A stretch of 64,000 nt of DNA from Squalus acanthias. Its lineage: Eukaryota. A program made the translations under genes and the position numbers. The number at the start of each line of letters is the position of its first letter. The stretch's first letter is position 1. Shown piece after piece: positions 12,861 to 25,370 of this stretch. The notes beneath the pieces are model-generated. The model was not told the origin of the DNA and did not search any database. It saw only the letters and a list, made by a program, of their open reading frames with translations. Location of the stretch: assembly GCA_030390025.1 (NCBI GenBank), contig CM059432.1, positions 94,676,001 through 94,740,000 on the forward strand, read 5' to 3'.

Positions 12861-13229
12861 GGATGCAACTGGCATGGGCAGAAAGATAAAGAAACAACTA
12901 TGTGAGGATCTATATGGCAGTGAGCAGAGAAAGAAAAGTAAAGATGTGAGGATTTAGCATGCATTAATTCATCTCATCGTGGCAAAAGAATTACAGGAGT
13001 AGAGGAAAAGAAAGAGAATGTGAGGCATTCAAATGTAAATCAGAGAAAAATGAGAGAAAAAACACATAATGGAATTAAGATTTACTTGCCATTCTGACTA
13101 AAGACGGGGAATGAGAATACGCTTAATGTGAACTTTATAATGAAATTAGTGGAAAATAAACAAATAACAGTTTTAAAAACAAGAATATAGGAAACTGAAC
13201 ATTTTACTCTGCCATCTACGCCCTCTTTT

Positions 13230-14800
13230 AGAACCAAAGCAGACCAGTCCTTTATTTTTTACTTTTCCAGCTGTAAATCTATAAACCCCTACTCCCACTC
13301 AATCAGAAATCTGTCCAGTTCCTTTTCAAAATGTTCAACTGAGGCAATATTACCAAGTTAAGTAGCAGTTTATTCAACAACTCAATAGTTCTAAGTATGG
13401 AAAAGTTGCTCCTTAAGATAAGATCAATGAATGGTTTCTTCATTGTATTATCATGTCCCATGATTCTCTAATCTAGTTTTTACAATGTATCTCTTTACTA
13501 TTAACTCTATTATCTATTAACTCCCTTCATTGTTTAAAAGACATGGATCATGTCATCTCATTGTCTATTTTTTAATATTCTGAGAAGACTGAAAGGAGAC
13601 TTGATATTGATCTTCAAAATCAGGCTTGAGATGAAGAAAGGTTATTTAGTTTAGACTTTGATCGGAGAACTAGGAGACATGAGTACAAAATTAGGAACAC
13701 TAGAAATTGGAATAATTTTCCCCTAAAGGTTAGTGTATATGCGAAGCACATTCACACAAAAAGCAAGCGACGTCAATCAATTCCTTCAAAATAGAATTGT
13801 TTAAATATCTGTCTGAGATCCAGTAGAAAGTTATAAGGAAAGACATAGGTGATCAAATACTGCGTGGAACATGGTGGTTCATTTGCTTCTGGCACCATTA
13901 CCTGTAAGATGGAGCGGGCCAGAAATTTGAGTGAAGGTGGTAAACTCTGGAGTTTTGCTTAATTCCTCTAAGACTGAGGAGAATTTTCAAAGAGTTTTAC
14001 TGCTTGTAAGCTTACACTGGTTGAATACTTTACTGAAAAAGACTGATTGGGTTGGACTGAGTCCATGATAAGTCAAATTGTGCATGGTCTGCAGAAGGAA
14101 GAGATTTGATGATCAATCTTCATATGTGCCCCATTTGCTCTTACAATACAGTGATGAAACTTTCTTTGTCTACTCAATTGTTGCAACCAGATCTGAGTCA
14201 CCTTATTTATAATATGCTCTTCAGTTTGGAATTATGTTTGCTATTTTTAAGACCCATGTGTGCTGCCTTATATTTCTCAACATTAAATACTAACTGTAAT
14301 TAATCCCAAGTAATTCTCTGAATTTCCTCCCTTTCCACACTCTTTTTTCACACAAATGAGTATCATCTGCAAACTTTGACATTCTACTCACCACCACAAA
14401 CATTTTTGAATATATTGTAAACAGAATCGTAACCCAATATTGACCCCTGATCTTTGCTGGTTGTTGATCTATCTTGTGCCTCCTGATATCCACTCTTCAT
14501 ATTCTTCCTTCATCTTAAGAGTTTGAACTCTAGCCACAAGTCTTACAACAAGCCTTATAAAATGTTCTTGAAAGTTAAGGCATATATCTTCTACCAGATT
14601 ATATTCTTCCACCAAATTCTCAAAGAATTTGAATACATTTATGCATAACCCTCCTTTAGAAAGACAAATTTGTTTAGAATTATATTCCTTTTAGTTTTGC
14701 ATTGCATTCTTTGTAATTAACCCCAATATTTTTGCCCCTAAAGATGTCAAGCTATCAGGTTTATTTTTCTCAGGATTGGATTTATTTAAAAATAAAATAT
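13230..14800. mobile_element. Old, highly diverged CR1 fragments in both orientations
   Basis: Residual SKFADDT on minus (~14360-14380); RLKGDLI..FK and TRRHEYK on plus (~13590-13700). Confidence 0.6.
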
Positions 14801-15570
14801 TAACTGTATTTTGCATCTATTCTTAATGTATTGGGTAATATGATGTCTTATAACTACATATAAAATAAATTATATTAGAACAGAAGCTATGAAGCTGGGC
14901 CTTTCTCTTGCCTCTGCATTTAAATATTGTTTTCCTTTTAAATGGACTAGATTCAATATTTAGGACTGCAGATCATTTGCTATCTGTGTGCCTTATAAGG
15001 CCTATTATCTCTTATGTACTGTCAAAGATGATTTTGCCAAGGTAGGCTGTGACACCTGGTACGTAAAGACTTGGAGAGACTATCATCTATCTGCTTCGCA
15101 CAACCAGTGGCAATAAAAGTCACCACTATCCTCAAATATTATACCATGGGTTACTTGTTCATGAGTTATATTAGTAGGGACGTGTCTCTCCAAAACTGTC
15201 TGACAAATGGTACTGGTTAGTTTACCACACAGATTTTCAATGGCTTGCATCATTTCAGCTTGGCAATTACGGTATAAATTTGATTATTTATATTTTTTCT
15301 AACCTGGTGAAGTTGTGTTTGTTGCCCCAAAACATCCACAGCAGTCTTTTGTATATGGAGATAACACATGTACAAGCCATTAAAGTGCTTTCTCCATTGT
15401 GGTCACTCCTCATTCTTTGTTGACAGCATGTTAGGCTCTTGTCCTTAATTGTTGATTATTTGGGACACTGTTCCTTCTGTTCCTTCTCCTTCATTGTTGA
15501 GTCTGTCTGAACAGTAATTAATGCTCCTAACATTGTTTTGAAACCAACATTCTTTACAGCTGGTAACTAT

Positions 15571-17341
15571 GGTGGGTATTTTCGAGGGGTCAGCCGACGC
15601 ATTTGGTGGCGGGTCGGCTGGGAAAATGTTTTCTTTTGACAGCGAGTAGGGAACCCGCTGTCAACCCGCCTCCACGCTAGTCTCTCAGATGTCGGGTCTG
15701 TCATCGCTGAATAGACCCGACACCAAGCGGCAGGGGAGGCAATTTAGATCATTAGATAGATTGTTAAGAGGCAATTAAATAGTATTTTAAGATTTCCTTT
15801 AGATTTTTAGAGTTCGCCAACGGCTTCCCCGCTGCTCAGGAATCACGTCAGGTAAGGAGGTCGGGTGTTGTGTCAGCAGTGGATGATTCCTTTACTTGAC
15901 AGCTGCAAATGATCTATAAAAGCTCCCATTTCATAGATATTCACTTTCCAAAGTTAGAAGCTGTTGCTTACTGCATTTGGAAGACAGATTCAGCTTTATG
16001 CAGCTTGCAAGTGTTTGGAGCAAACACTCTATCCAGTGTCACCTCATTGGAACAACCTCTCTCACCATTGACAGATCGCTTCTGTCATCTCAACCTCTCC
16101 TGCCATCTATTCCATCGGTGCCCTTGAAAAAAATCTCACCTTGGTCCTCAGAATCACACCACGATCAGCCCCAACACCAGCAGCACCAGGCACACCAGCA
16201 GCACCAACAACAACACCAAACTTCTCCGTAATCAGCTGGTGCTGCACGGGACACAGGGCATTAGCACCCTACCACATTGCTGCCAGGGATGGCCTCACCA
16301 TAGCCAGATTTACTTCACTTGACGCTGTACAACCTGGCTGCCACATAATGTGCCAGGTTGGCACCACCCCACACCAACATCATAAAGCATCCCTACAATG
16401 TCCAAGCCATTCCTTCCATACTCATCGCCATTGCAGGGGGTACCATTATGTCTTACCATTCACTGCAACTCACTAAGCCACTTCCAAAGGCGCACACAAA
16501 TCTGTCCAAGAACGCAAAGTGTTGAAAATAAAGATTTCAATGTTTGACAGCACATTAACAGAAACTTCACATGAACATTGGCTAAAACACCCAAGTGCCT
16601 ACCCTTGTGTGTTAGTTGTTATGATTGGACTAGGATGAGGGTAAGTGTGAGGGGTGGCTAGTGAGATAGGGAAGTGATAATGTAGATAGAGAGGGATGGG
16701 TGGAGGTGCAAGGTAAGTTGGTGTGAGTAAGGATGTGTAGGAGTAGGGTAGGGAAGGCAGAGTGATGGGGATGTGATGAGTGGCACAGCAGGATGAGGTT
16801 GAGTGTGGCTTTGCAGTAACGTTTCGTGATCTACTGAGATCATTGAAAAGTTTGCGCCACTGCAGCCTGGTCCTCCTGACCACATCCCTGCTTGTGTCCT
16901 CCTGTGCAATGTGCAACCAGGCTGCATTGATCTCGTGGGGAGGTCTCTTCCGCCCATGGGAAGGGAAGAGGAGCTCCCTGCGTGCTGTGACTCCCTCCAT
17001 TAGCATATGGAGGGAGTCATGGGAGAGCCTGGGTGCAGGTGTGCACCTCTGTGCAGTGCTTGTCAGTGTTTGCAGCACCTCAATGCTGTAGAACACTGAC
17101 AGCAGAACTGTCAAAATCAATTTGCGCATGGTCCCTTTAAGGAAACCGGCTGATGACGCATCATCAAGTCACGTCATCAGACCCGCTTCCTTCAATTGGC
17201 CGGGAAATGTGCAGGGTGGGCTTAACAAGCCCAATCAACGTAAAATTCTTTTCACAGAGCGGGCTGGAGCCAGCAGCACGGTCGCACCCCACCACCGACC
17301 CTGGCCACACCAGACCCACCAGGGTAGGCGAAATTGCGGCC
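15571..17341 (-). mobile_element. Internally deleted Harbinger retaining Myb/SANT exon 1
   Basis: Imperfect TIRs, TSD TAT; ORF segment RLSHDSLHMLMEGVTARRELLFP..AAW..IA..RT..QWRKLFNDL (trihelix Myb domain). Confidence 0.8.
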
Positions 17342-17559
17342 TATATCTTCAACCAACTGTATTTACAGATTATACTCATTTTATTTGAACCCAAATGATA
17401 CAGCACTTACATTTTAAGGGTTGATCTAAACAGAATTTATGATAGAACTGCTTCATACAAAATTTTTCTTCAATCTTAATTTTAAACAACTATTTTATTG
17501 CATGGATATTACAAGAATACACCGGAAATATTTTTTAACTTGATACAAATTGATTTGAA

Positions 17560-18180
17560 ACAGCATCCTGAATGTTTTTCAGCCCTAACAATGCAGCAAC
17601 TTTAAAAAAAATGTTAAGTAGGTTAGACAGAATTGCGACACAAGATTAGAAAAAATAGAGATGGCAAGAGCAAGAGAAGGAATAAGAATGTCGCATGCAC
17701 ATCTGCCAGAGTTGAGGAGATAGAATGAAAAATTAAAAAAATTAAAAGAGAAGGATGAATCTAAACGGAGAGGAAAATGTAAACAGGCAATATTTTCCTC
17801 TTTGGAAATCACTGAGATAGAGGGATTAGTAAATGGTAATAAGGCAATCAGCTAGGGGACAAAAGCTTGTGGAACTGGGAATGCGGGACTTGGTGTGGGA
17901 GAAAATTCAGGTTGTAACATTCTGGATAAATTGCAATTTGTGGCGACCAGCAAGGAATGCATTGGAGAATATGAGGCTTGAGTTGATGAAGGTATGGGGA
18001 TTAGGGTCATGATGGCAGTAGGGATGGAGTAGTTCCAGAGATGGGCAATGTTTTTAAATTGAAAGAAAGTACCTTGGTACTGGATTGCATGTGGGAAGGA
18101 AACTCAGCTCAGGATCAAAAACACAAAGGCATCACTTCTCCTCATTGAGCCAGAAATGGAAGCTGGGGAGGTTATTGGAG
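17560..18180 (-). mobile_element. Old L2-like LINE remnant
   Basis: Purine-rich plus strand with motifs typical of L2 antisense (gaaactcagctcaggatcaaa, ggagtagttccagagatggg). Confidence 0.45.
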
Positions 18181-18601
18181 TTCATAGAATCATAGAAATT
18201 GACGACACAGAAGGAGGCCATTCGGACCATTGTGTCTGTGCCGGCCGAAAAAGAGCTATCCAGCCTAATCCAACTTTCCAGCTCTTGGTCCGTAGCCCTG
18301 TAGGTTACGGCACTTCAAGTACATATCCAAGTACTTTTTAAATGCAATGAGGGTTTCTGCCTCTATCACCCTTTCAGGCAGTGTGTTCCAGACCTCCACC
18401 ACCCTCTGGGTGAAAAAAGTTCTCCTCAACTCCCCTCTAATCCTTCTACCAATTACTTTAAATCTATGCCCCCTGGTTATTGACCTCACTGCTAGAGGAA
18501 ATAGGTCCTCCCTATCCACTCTATCTAGGCCCCTCATAATTTTATACACTTCAATTAAGTCCTCCCTCATCCTCTGTTCCAAAGAAAACAACCCCAGCCT
18601 A

Positions 18602-19212
18602 CAACAACAACAACTTGTATTTATAGAGCGCCTTAAACATAGTAAAACATCCCAAGGTGCTTTACAGGAGAATTATAAAACAAAATTTGACACTGAGCCA
18701 CATAAGGAGAAATTAGGGCAGATGACCAAAAGCTTGGTCAAAAAGGTAGGTTTTAAGGAGCTTCTTAAAGGAGGAAAGAGAGGGGGAGAGGTTTGGGGAG
18801 GGAATTCCAGAGCTTTGGGCCTAGGCAACAGAAGGCACGGCCACCAATGGTACAGCAATTATAATCAGGGATGCTCAAGAGGGCAAAATTAGAGGAGCGC
18901 AGATATCTTGGGGGGTTGTGGGGCTGGAGGAGATTACAGAGATAGGGAGGGGTGAGGCCATGGAGGGATTTGAAAACAAGGATGAGAATTTTGAAATCGA
19001 GGCGTTGCTTAACTGGGAGCCAATGTAGGTCAGCGAGCACAGGGGTGATGGATGAACGGGACTTGGTACGAGTTTTGGACGACCTCAAGTTTACGTAGGG
19101 TAGAACGTGGGAGGTCAGCCAGGAGTGCATTGGTATAGTCAAGGCTAGAGGTAACAAAGGCATGGATGAGGCTTTCAGCAGCGGATGAGCTGAGGCAAGG
19201 GTGGAGACGGGC
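18602..19212 (-). mobile_element. L2 LINE 3' fragment inserted in CR1
   Basis: ITPVLADLHWLPVKQRLDFKIL..GGRAF..PKLWNSLP; (TTG)n tail; TSD GCCTA. Confidence 0.9.
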
Positions 19213-21623
19213 GCCTATCCAATTTTTCCTCATAGCTAAAATTCTCCAGTCCTGCCAACATCCTCGTAAATCTCCTCTGTACCCTCTTTAGTGCAATCAC
19301 AGCTTTCCTATAATGTGGTGACCAGAACTGTATGCAGTGCTCTAGCTGTGGCCTAATTAGTGTTTTATACAGTTCAAGCATAACTTCCCTGCTCTTATAT
19401 TCTATGCCTCGGCTAATAAAGGAAAGTATCCCATATGCCTTCTTACCCACCTTATCTACCTGTCCTGCTGCCTTCAGGGATTTGTGGACATGCACTCTAA
19501 GGTCCCTCTGTTCCTCTACACTTCTCAGTATCCTACCATTTATTGCGTATTCCCTTGCCTTGCTAGCCCTCCCCAAATGCATTACCTCACATTTCTCCAG
19601 ATTGAATTCCATTCGCCACTTTTCTGCCCACCTGATCAGTCCATGATACCTTTCTGCAGTCTACAGCTTTCTTCCTCACTATCAACCACACGGCCAATTT
19701 TTGTATCATCTGCAAACTTCTTAATCATGCCTCCAACACTGAAGTCTAAATCATTGATGTATACCACAAAAAGCAAGGAACCAAGTACTGAGCCCTGCGG
19801 AGCCCCACTGGAAACAGCCTTCCAGTCACAAAAACACCAGTTGACCATTACCCTTTGCTTCCTACCACTGAGCCAATTTTGGATCCAACTTGCCACTTTC
19901 CCTTGGATCCCATGGACTTTTACTTTTCTGACCAGTCTACCATGTGGGACCTTGTCAAATGCCGTGCTAAAATCCATATAGACTACATCAAATGCGCTAC
20001 CCTCATCGACCCTCCTTGTTACCTCCTCAAAGAATTCAAATCAAGTAAGTCAGACATGACCTTCCCTTAACAAATCCATGCTGACTGTTCTTGATTAATC
20101 CGTGCCTTTCTAAATGACGATTAATTCTGTACCCAGGCTCTTAACAGCCTGGGATACATTTCATCTGAGCCTGGCGATTTATCTACCGTCAAAGATGCTA
20201 AACCCCTTAATATTTCCTCTCTCACTATGTTTACCTCATCTAATATTTCACACTCCTCCTTAACTACAATTATTGTATCATCCCTCTCTTTTGTGAAGAC
20301 AGACGCAAAGTATTCATTAAGAACCATATCCACGTCTTCCACTTCAGCACACAGGTTACCCTTTTGGTCTCTAATAGGCCCTACTTAGTTATTCTCTTGC
20401 TCTTTATGTATTAATAAAACACCTTTGGGTTTCCTTGATTTTACATGCCAATAATTTTGCATGCCCTCTCTTTGCTTTCCTAATTTCCTTTTAATTTCAC
20501 CCCTGTACTTTCTATACTCCTCTAGGTTTTCTGCAGTATTTAGCTCTCAGTATCTGACATAAGCTTTCCTTTTTTGCCTTATCCTACCTTGTATACCCCT
20601 TGACATCCAGAGGACCCTAGATTTGAGAGTCCCACCCTTTCTCTTTGTGGAAACATATTTGCTCTGAACCCTCACTATCTTCTCCTTGAATTCCTCCCAC
20701 TGCTCTGACACTGATTTACCTTCAAGTAGCTGTTTCCAGTCCACTTTTGCTAAATCACATCTCAGCTTAGTAAAATTAGCCTTTCTGAATTGAAAACTTT
20801 TACTCCTGGTCTATCTTTGTCCTTCTCCATAACTACGCTAAATTTAACTGAATTATGATCACTACCACCAAAACGCTCTCCCGCTGATGCTCCTTCCACC
20901 TGCCCTACTTCATTCCCTTAAACTGAGTCCAGAACTGCCCCTTTCTTGTTGGGCTTGCTACGAACTGGCTAAAAAAAGTGCTCCTGAATGCATTTTAAGA
21001 ATTCTGCACCCTCTATACCTTTTACACTGATTCTATCCCAGTTAATATTAGGGTAGTTGAAATCCTCTACTATTACTGCTCTATTGTTTTAGCACTTCTC
21101 AGAAATTTGTGTTCATATGTGCTCTTCTATCTCCCTCTGACTATTTGGGGGTTTATAGTACACTCCCAGCAGTGTGATTGTCCCTTTTTTGTTCTTCAGT
21201 TCAACCCATATGTCCTCATTTGATGATCCTTCTAACATATCATCCCTTCTAACAGCTGTAATTGTTTCTTTAACCAATATTATGACCACCCCTTCCTTTT
21301 TTTATTTCCCTCTCTATCTCATCTGAAAACCCTGTAACCAGGAATGTTGAGCTGCTATTCCTGCCCTTCTTTCAGCCATGTTTCAGTAATGGCTATATCA
21401 TACTTCCACGTGTCGATCTGTGCCCTCAGCTCATCTGCCTTATTCACTAGACTCCTTGCATTGAAGTATATACCAATAAGCACTGTCAAACCCCTTTGTT
21501 GTCTATTTTCTAGCCTTTGTTTCCTCTGCCTTCCAAACACACTTACTAATTTACTGCCTTCCCTTTCCACCTTTGCTTCTCTCCCTTTTGAATCTATGCT
21601 CAGGTTCCGATCTCCCTGCCAAA

Positions 21624-22537
21624 CTAGTTTAAACCCTCCCCTACAGCACTAGCAAACCCCCCCATGAGGATATTGGTCCCGGCCCTGTTGCGGTGCAACC
21701 TGTCTGGCTTGTACAGGTCCCACCTCCCCCAGAACCAGTCCCAATGCCTCAGGAATCTAAGGCCCTCCCTCCTGCACCATCTCTCCAACCACGCATTCAT
21801 CTGCTCTATCCTCCTATTTCTGTACTCACTAGCGCATGGCACCGGGAGTGATCCAGAGATTACTACCTTTGAGGTTCTGCTTATTAATCCCTTTCCTAGC
21901 TCCCTAAAATCTGCCTGCAGGACCTCATCCCTCTTTCTACCTATGTCATTGGTATCGATATGGACCACGACCTCTGGCTGTTCACCCTCCCCCCTCAGAA
22001 TGTTCTGCATCCGCTCAGTGACATCCTTGATCCTGGCACCAGGGAGGCAACATACCATCCTGGAATCATGTCTGCAGTAACGCCTGTCTGTTCCCCTAAC
22101 TATTGAATTTCCTATCACTATTGCTTTCCTAACCTTCCTCTCCCTGTAAAGCTGAGCCACCCATCATGCTCTGGCTGTACTCCCCAGAGGGACCATCACA
22201 CTCACCAGTACCGGTTAGAGAGCGAGATGCACTCAGGAGACTCCTGCACTACCTGCCTGGTCCTCCTTGTCTGTCTGGCAATCACCCATTCTCTCTCTGC
22301 TTGCAAACTCTTAAGCTGTGGGGTAACCACCTCCTGAAACGTACTATCAACGTAGCTCTCGGTCTCGCGGATGCACCGCAGTGACGCCAGCAACTGCTCA
22401 AGCTTCAAAACCCAGAGCTTGAGCTCCTCCAGCTGATGACACTTCCTGCACATGTGATTGTCCAGGACATGAGAAGCATCCTGGATTTCCCACATGGCAC
22501 AGGATGTGCATTCGACGGGACTGAGGTGCCCTGCCAT
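21624..22537 (-). pseudogene. CR1 ORF1 (CxxC..CxxC finger, coiled coil, SGNH esterase), frameshifted
   Basis: ECTSCAMW..CRKC; VIGNSIVR, CLPGARIKD, HIDTNDI, DRLH. Confidence 0.85.
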
Positions 22538-22658
22538 CCTCTATTTATTAGACTACTAACTAAACTTCTTAGTTTTACCCACTGCCCTAACTTAGAGAGA
22601 AAAAATACAAAATTATTTACTCAAGTTTAACAAGAACCATTGAGATACGAAACACAAA

Positions 22659-25316
22659 GGGCTAAAAATTCGGGTGGTTTGCGTCACCCATTAACGCCAT
22701 GGAAAAAACGGTGGCCGGCACTCTTCCACCAGCTGGTGGCGGCTCCCACGGTGGGCATCATTTTGCAAGGTTCAGGAAACACGATCGCCGGAGGGATTTA
22801 AATGAATGAGATCGTGACATCAGTGAGTGTGCAACGCTCACTTGACGCCCGATCTGCAGCATTCGTTTTCACCATTCAACTTACCGGCATGTCTAAACAA
22901 TGATGGAGAGCAGGCATCCAACAGCAGGAAGGAGGCTGCAGCAGCAATATTTAAAGGGATCATCAGCAATCAGTTGCGCCTGACATGGTTCTGCAATTTG
23001 AGTGGCTCTGTGCTACTTTCTGCAACTCCAACAGCTTTCTTTACTTATTTCAAGGTTCGTTGGTAACAGGGTGTTTTTTTAAAGCTTCTGCTCACAACAC
23101 TTGCTCACAGTCATGGGGGCTGTACTGGCAGTTGACCTCGTGCTCCAGGATCTATGGCAGAGGGAATGGAGGCCGCGAGGAAGACAGGAACATGCGCACA
23201 GAGGGAGGAGGAGGGCCATGAGGGCTTTCAACAGGAGGCCCTACTCACCTAGGGTCTTCCGACAGCACTTCTCCTACCTCCAATTAAGCGAGGAGCAGTG
23301 TATTAGGAGGCTTCGCTTCACCAAGGAGGTGGTCACAGAATTCTGCCACCTCCTGCAACCAGACCTGCAGCCTCAGAGCAGGGCGGCCACGGCTCTCCCA
23401 GTGGCAGTCAAGGTCACCATGGCCCTCAATTTCTTCACCAGCGAATCCTTCCAGTCTGCAGCAGGAGACATAGCTAACATCTCACAGTTCACCATCCATC
23501 GCTGCATCCGGGAGGTTACGGAGGCTCTCTACACCAGGAGAAGGGACTAAGTTGGCTTCTGGCTCATCAGAGAGAAGCAAGACGAGTGTGCATGTGGCTT
23601 TGCCAGGATAGCGGGATTCCCTATGGTGCAGGGCGCCATCGACTGCACACACGTGGCTTTGCGGGCGCCACATAACAATCCTGAGATCTTCCGTAACCGC
23701 AAAGGCTACCACTCACTTAATGTGCAGTTGGTGTGCGACCACACACAGTGAATCCTCAATGTCAATGCCCATTATCCTGGCAGCAGCCATGATGCCTTCA
23801 TCCTGCGCCAGTCCGGTGTGCCAGAAATCTTCCAGCCACCACAGCAAACTCAAGGGTGGTTGCTCAGAGACAGAGGCTATCCGCTTTCCACCTGGCTCAT
23901 GACTTCCCTCTGCAATCCCAACACTCGTGCCCAGTACTCATATAATGAGAGCCAAGCCTCCACCTGGAATTCATCGAGTAGACCATCGGAGTGCTCAAGC
24001 AACGGTTCCACTGTCTTGACCACTTGGGAGGAGCCCTCCAGTACTCGGCGGAGCAGGTGTCCCATTTCGTGGTGGTTTTCTGCATGCTTCACAACTTCAT
24101 GCCAGCAGGGATTGCGCCACCACCTCAGGAGGAGGACGAGGACGAGGAGCAAGAGGAAGAGGAGGGAGGGAGGAGGCAGGCACCCAAACGTCCATCCGGA
24201 CGGGCTGTCCATGAACGATTCATCAGACTCCGATTCGAATTAATGAAACCCCGGATCCCTGTTGCTCACCAGAGCCCCATCATACTATCCCTGTCTCATG
24301 GAATATCACGGTGTTCTCCTGGGCACAAAGCTGAAATGAGAGGCACCACAAAAGATTCCAAACAAAATTAATTAATTTATCAATAATCACATCGCACATA
24401 TTTACAATAATACTCTTAACTAATCATCCTGGTACAATCCGTTAGTGTCTGTCTTTCGTGTGGGTTTTCCTAACCTACTGCTTCTATGACGTGCTCCCCC
24501 AGTGGCTGCAGCAGGGCTGGTGGAAGGCTGCTGAGTTTCCGTATGGGGGAGACTACAGATGGCCTTGCAGGACGACCTCGAGCAGCTCTAGACCTAGAAG
24601 GCCCTGCTGTGGACTGCACCACCTCGGCATGGGAGGCAGCAATCTGGGCTGGCTGGCTAACTGGCAGCAGCAAGGGCACTGGTGAAGTGGCAGTGGTGGG
24701 AACAGGAATTCTGTCATCCTGGGAGAGGACAGCAGGGTCCTGCTCCACTGACCCACTGCCACTCCCCCGGGGCGGCGCTTCAGCATTCCTAGCAATCTGT
24801 TGAAGCATTGCTGGCCCGCTGTGACACCCTGCAAGCCCCAGTCGACGGTGGTAAACCCAGCCATGATGGCAGCAGTCAGAGCTTGGGTGGCCTCAAGCTG
24901 AGACGGCATGAGAGCGGCCTGAGCGTGGGTATCATCATGCTGAGACTACATGAGAGCAGTCTGTGTTTCTGCTGCAGCACTAAGACATTGGATCGCTTCC
25001 ACCTGTGCTGCAATGGAAGCTGTGACATCACCCATCATGCGCACCATCACATTTGGGTCGCCACGGTCTCTCCGGGAGTGTACCATCATTTCCAGGCTGG
25101 AAATCCTGGCTCCATGTTGTACTCAGAGCCCTGTGCAATGTTGGAGGCGGACTCCTCCACGCTCTTTAACATTGCCGAGAGGCTCTTTGGCAGCCTTGCC
25201 ATTGCTCCAATCAATTCTGGGTGCATGCCCATCACCCTTCTTCTGAAGGCCTCCCCATCGAGGTCCTCATCTGAGTCCTGTGCAGTAGAACTCACGCACA
25301 AACTCGCCCTGATCAT
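22659..25316 (+). mobile_element. Harbinger element A (transposase-side TIR, transposase on +, Myb C-terminal exon on -), truncated
   Basis: TIR GGGCTAAAAATTCGGGTGGTTTGCG; convergent two-gene layout typical of Harbinger. Confidence 0.88.
23113..24245 (+). pseudogene. Harbinger DDE transposase (HARBI1-like), with stops and a frameshift
   Basis: [41 protein letters not shown]; stops near 23548 and 23748. Confidence 0.9.
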
Positions 25317-25370
25317 TGCTGCTTTTGACCTGAGCCTGCAAGGAGGAGCAATTCTTCAACCAGGAACCTC

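Larger units (their letters stand above)
18183..22650 (-). mobile_element. Near full-length decayed CR1 LINE (ORF1 + APE + RT)
   Basis: ORF1 zinc finger and SGNH esterase, YFNARSL..ITETWL endonuclease, KFADDTK RT, (ATTCTATG) tail. Confidence 0.93.

Noticed and set aside
12312..12964. Repetitive ORFs and a CRISPR-like appearance of the 50-bp array
   Set aside because: Units are tandem, with only (GA)n length variation and no unique spacers. The context is eukaryotic and there are no cas genes.
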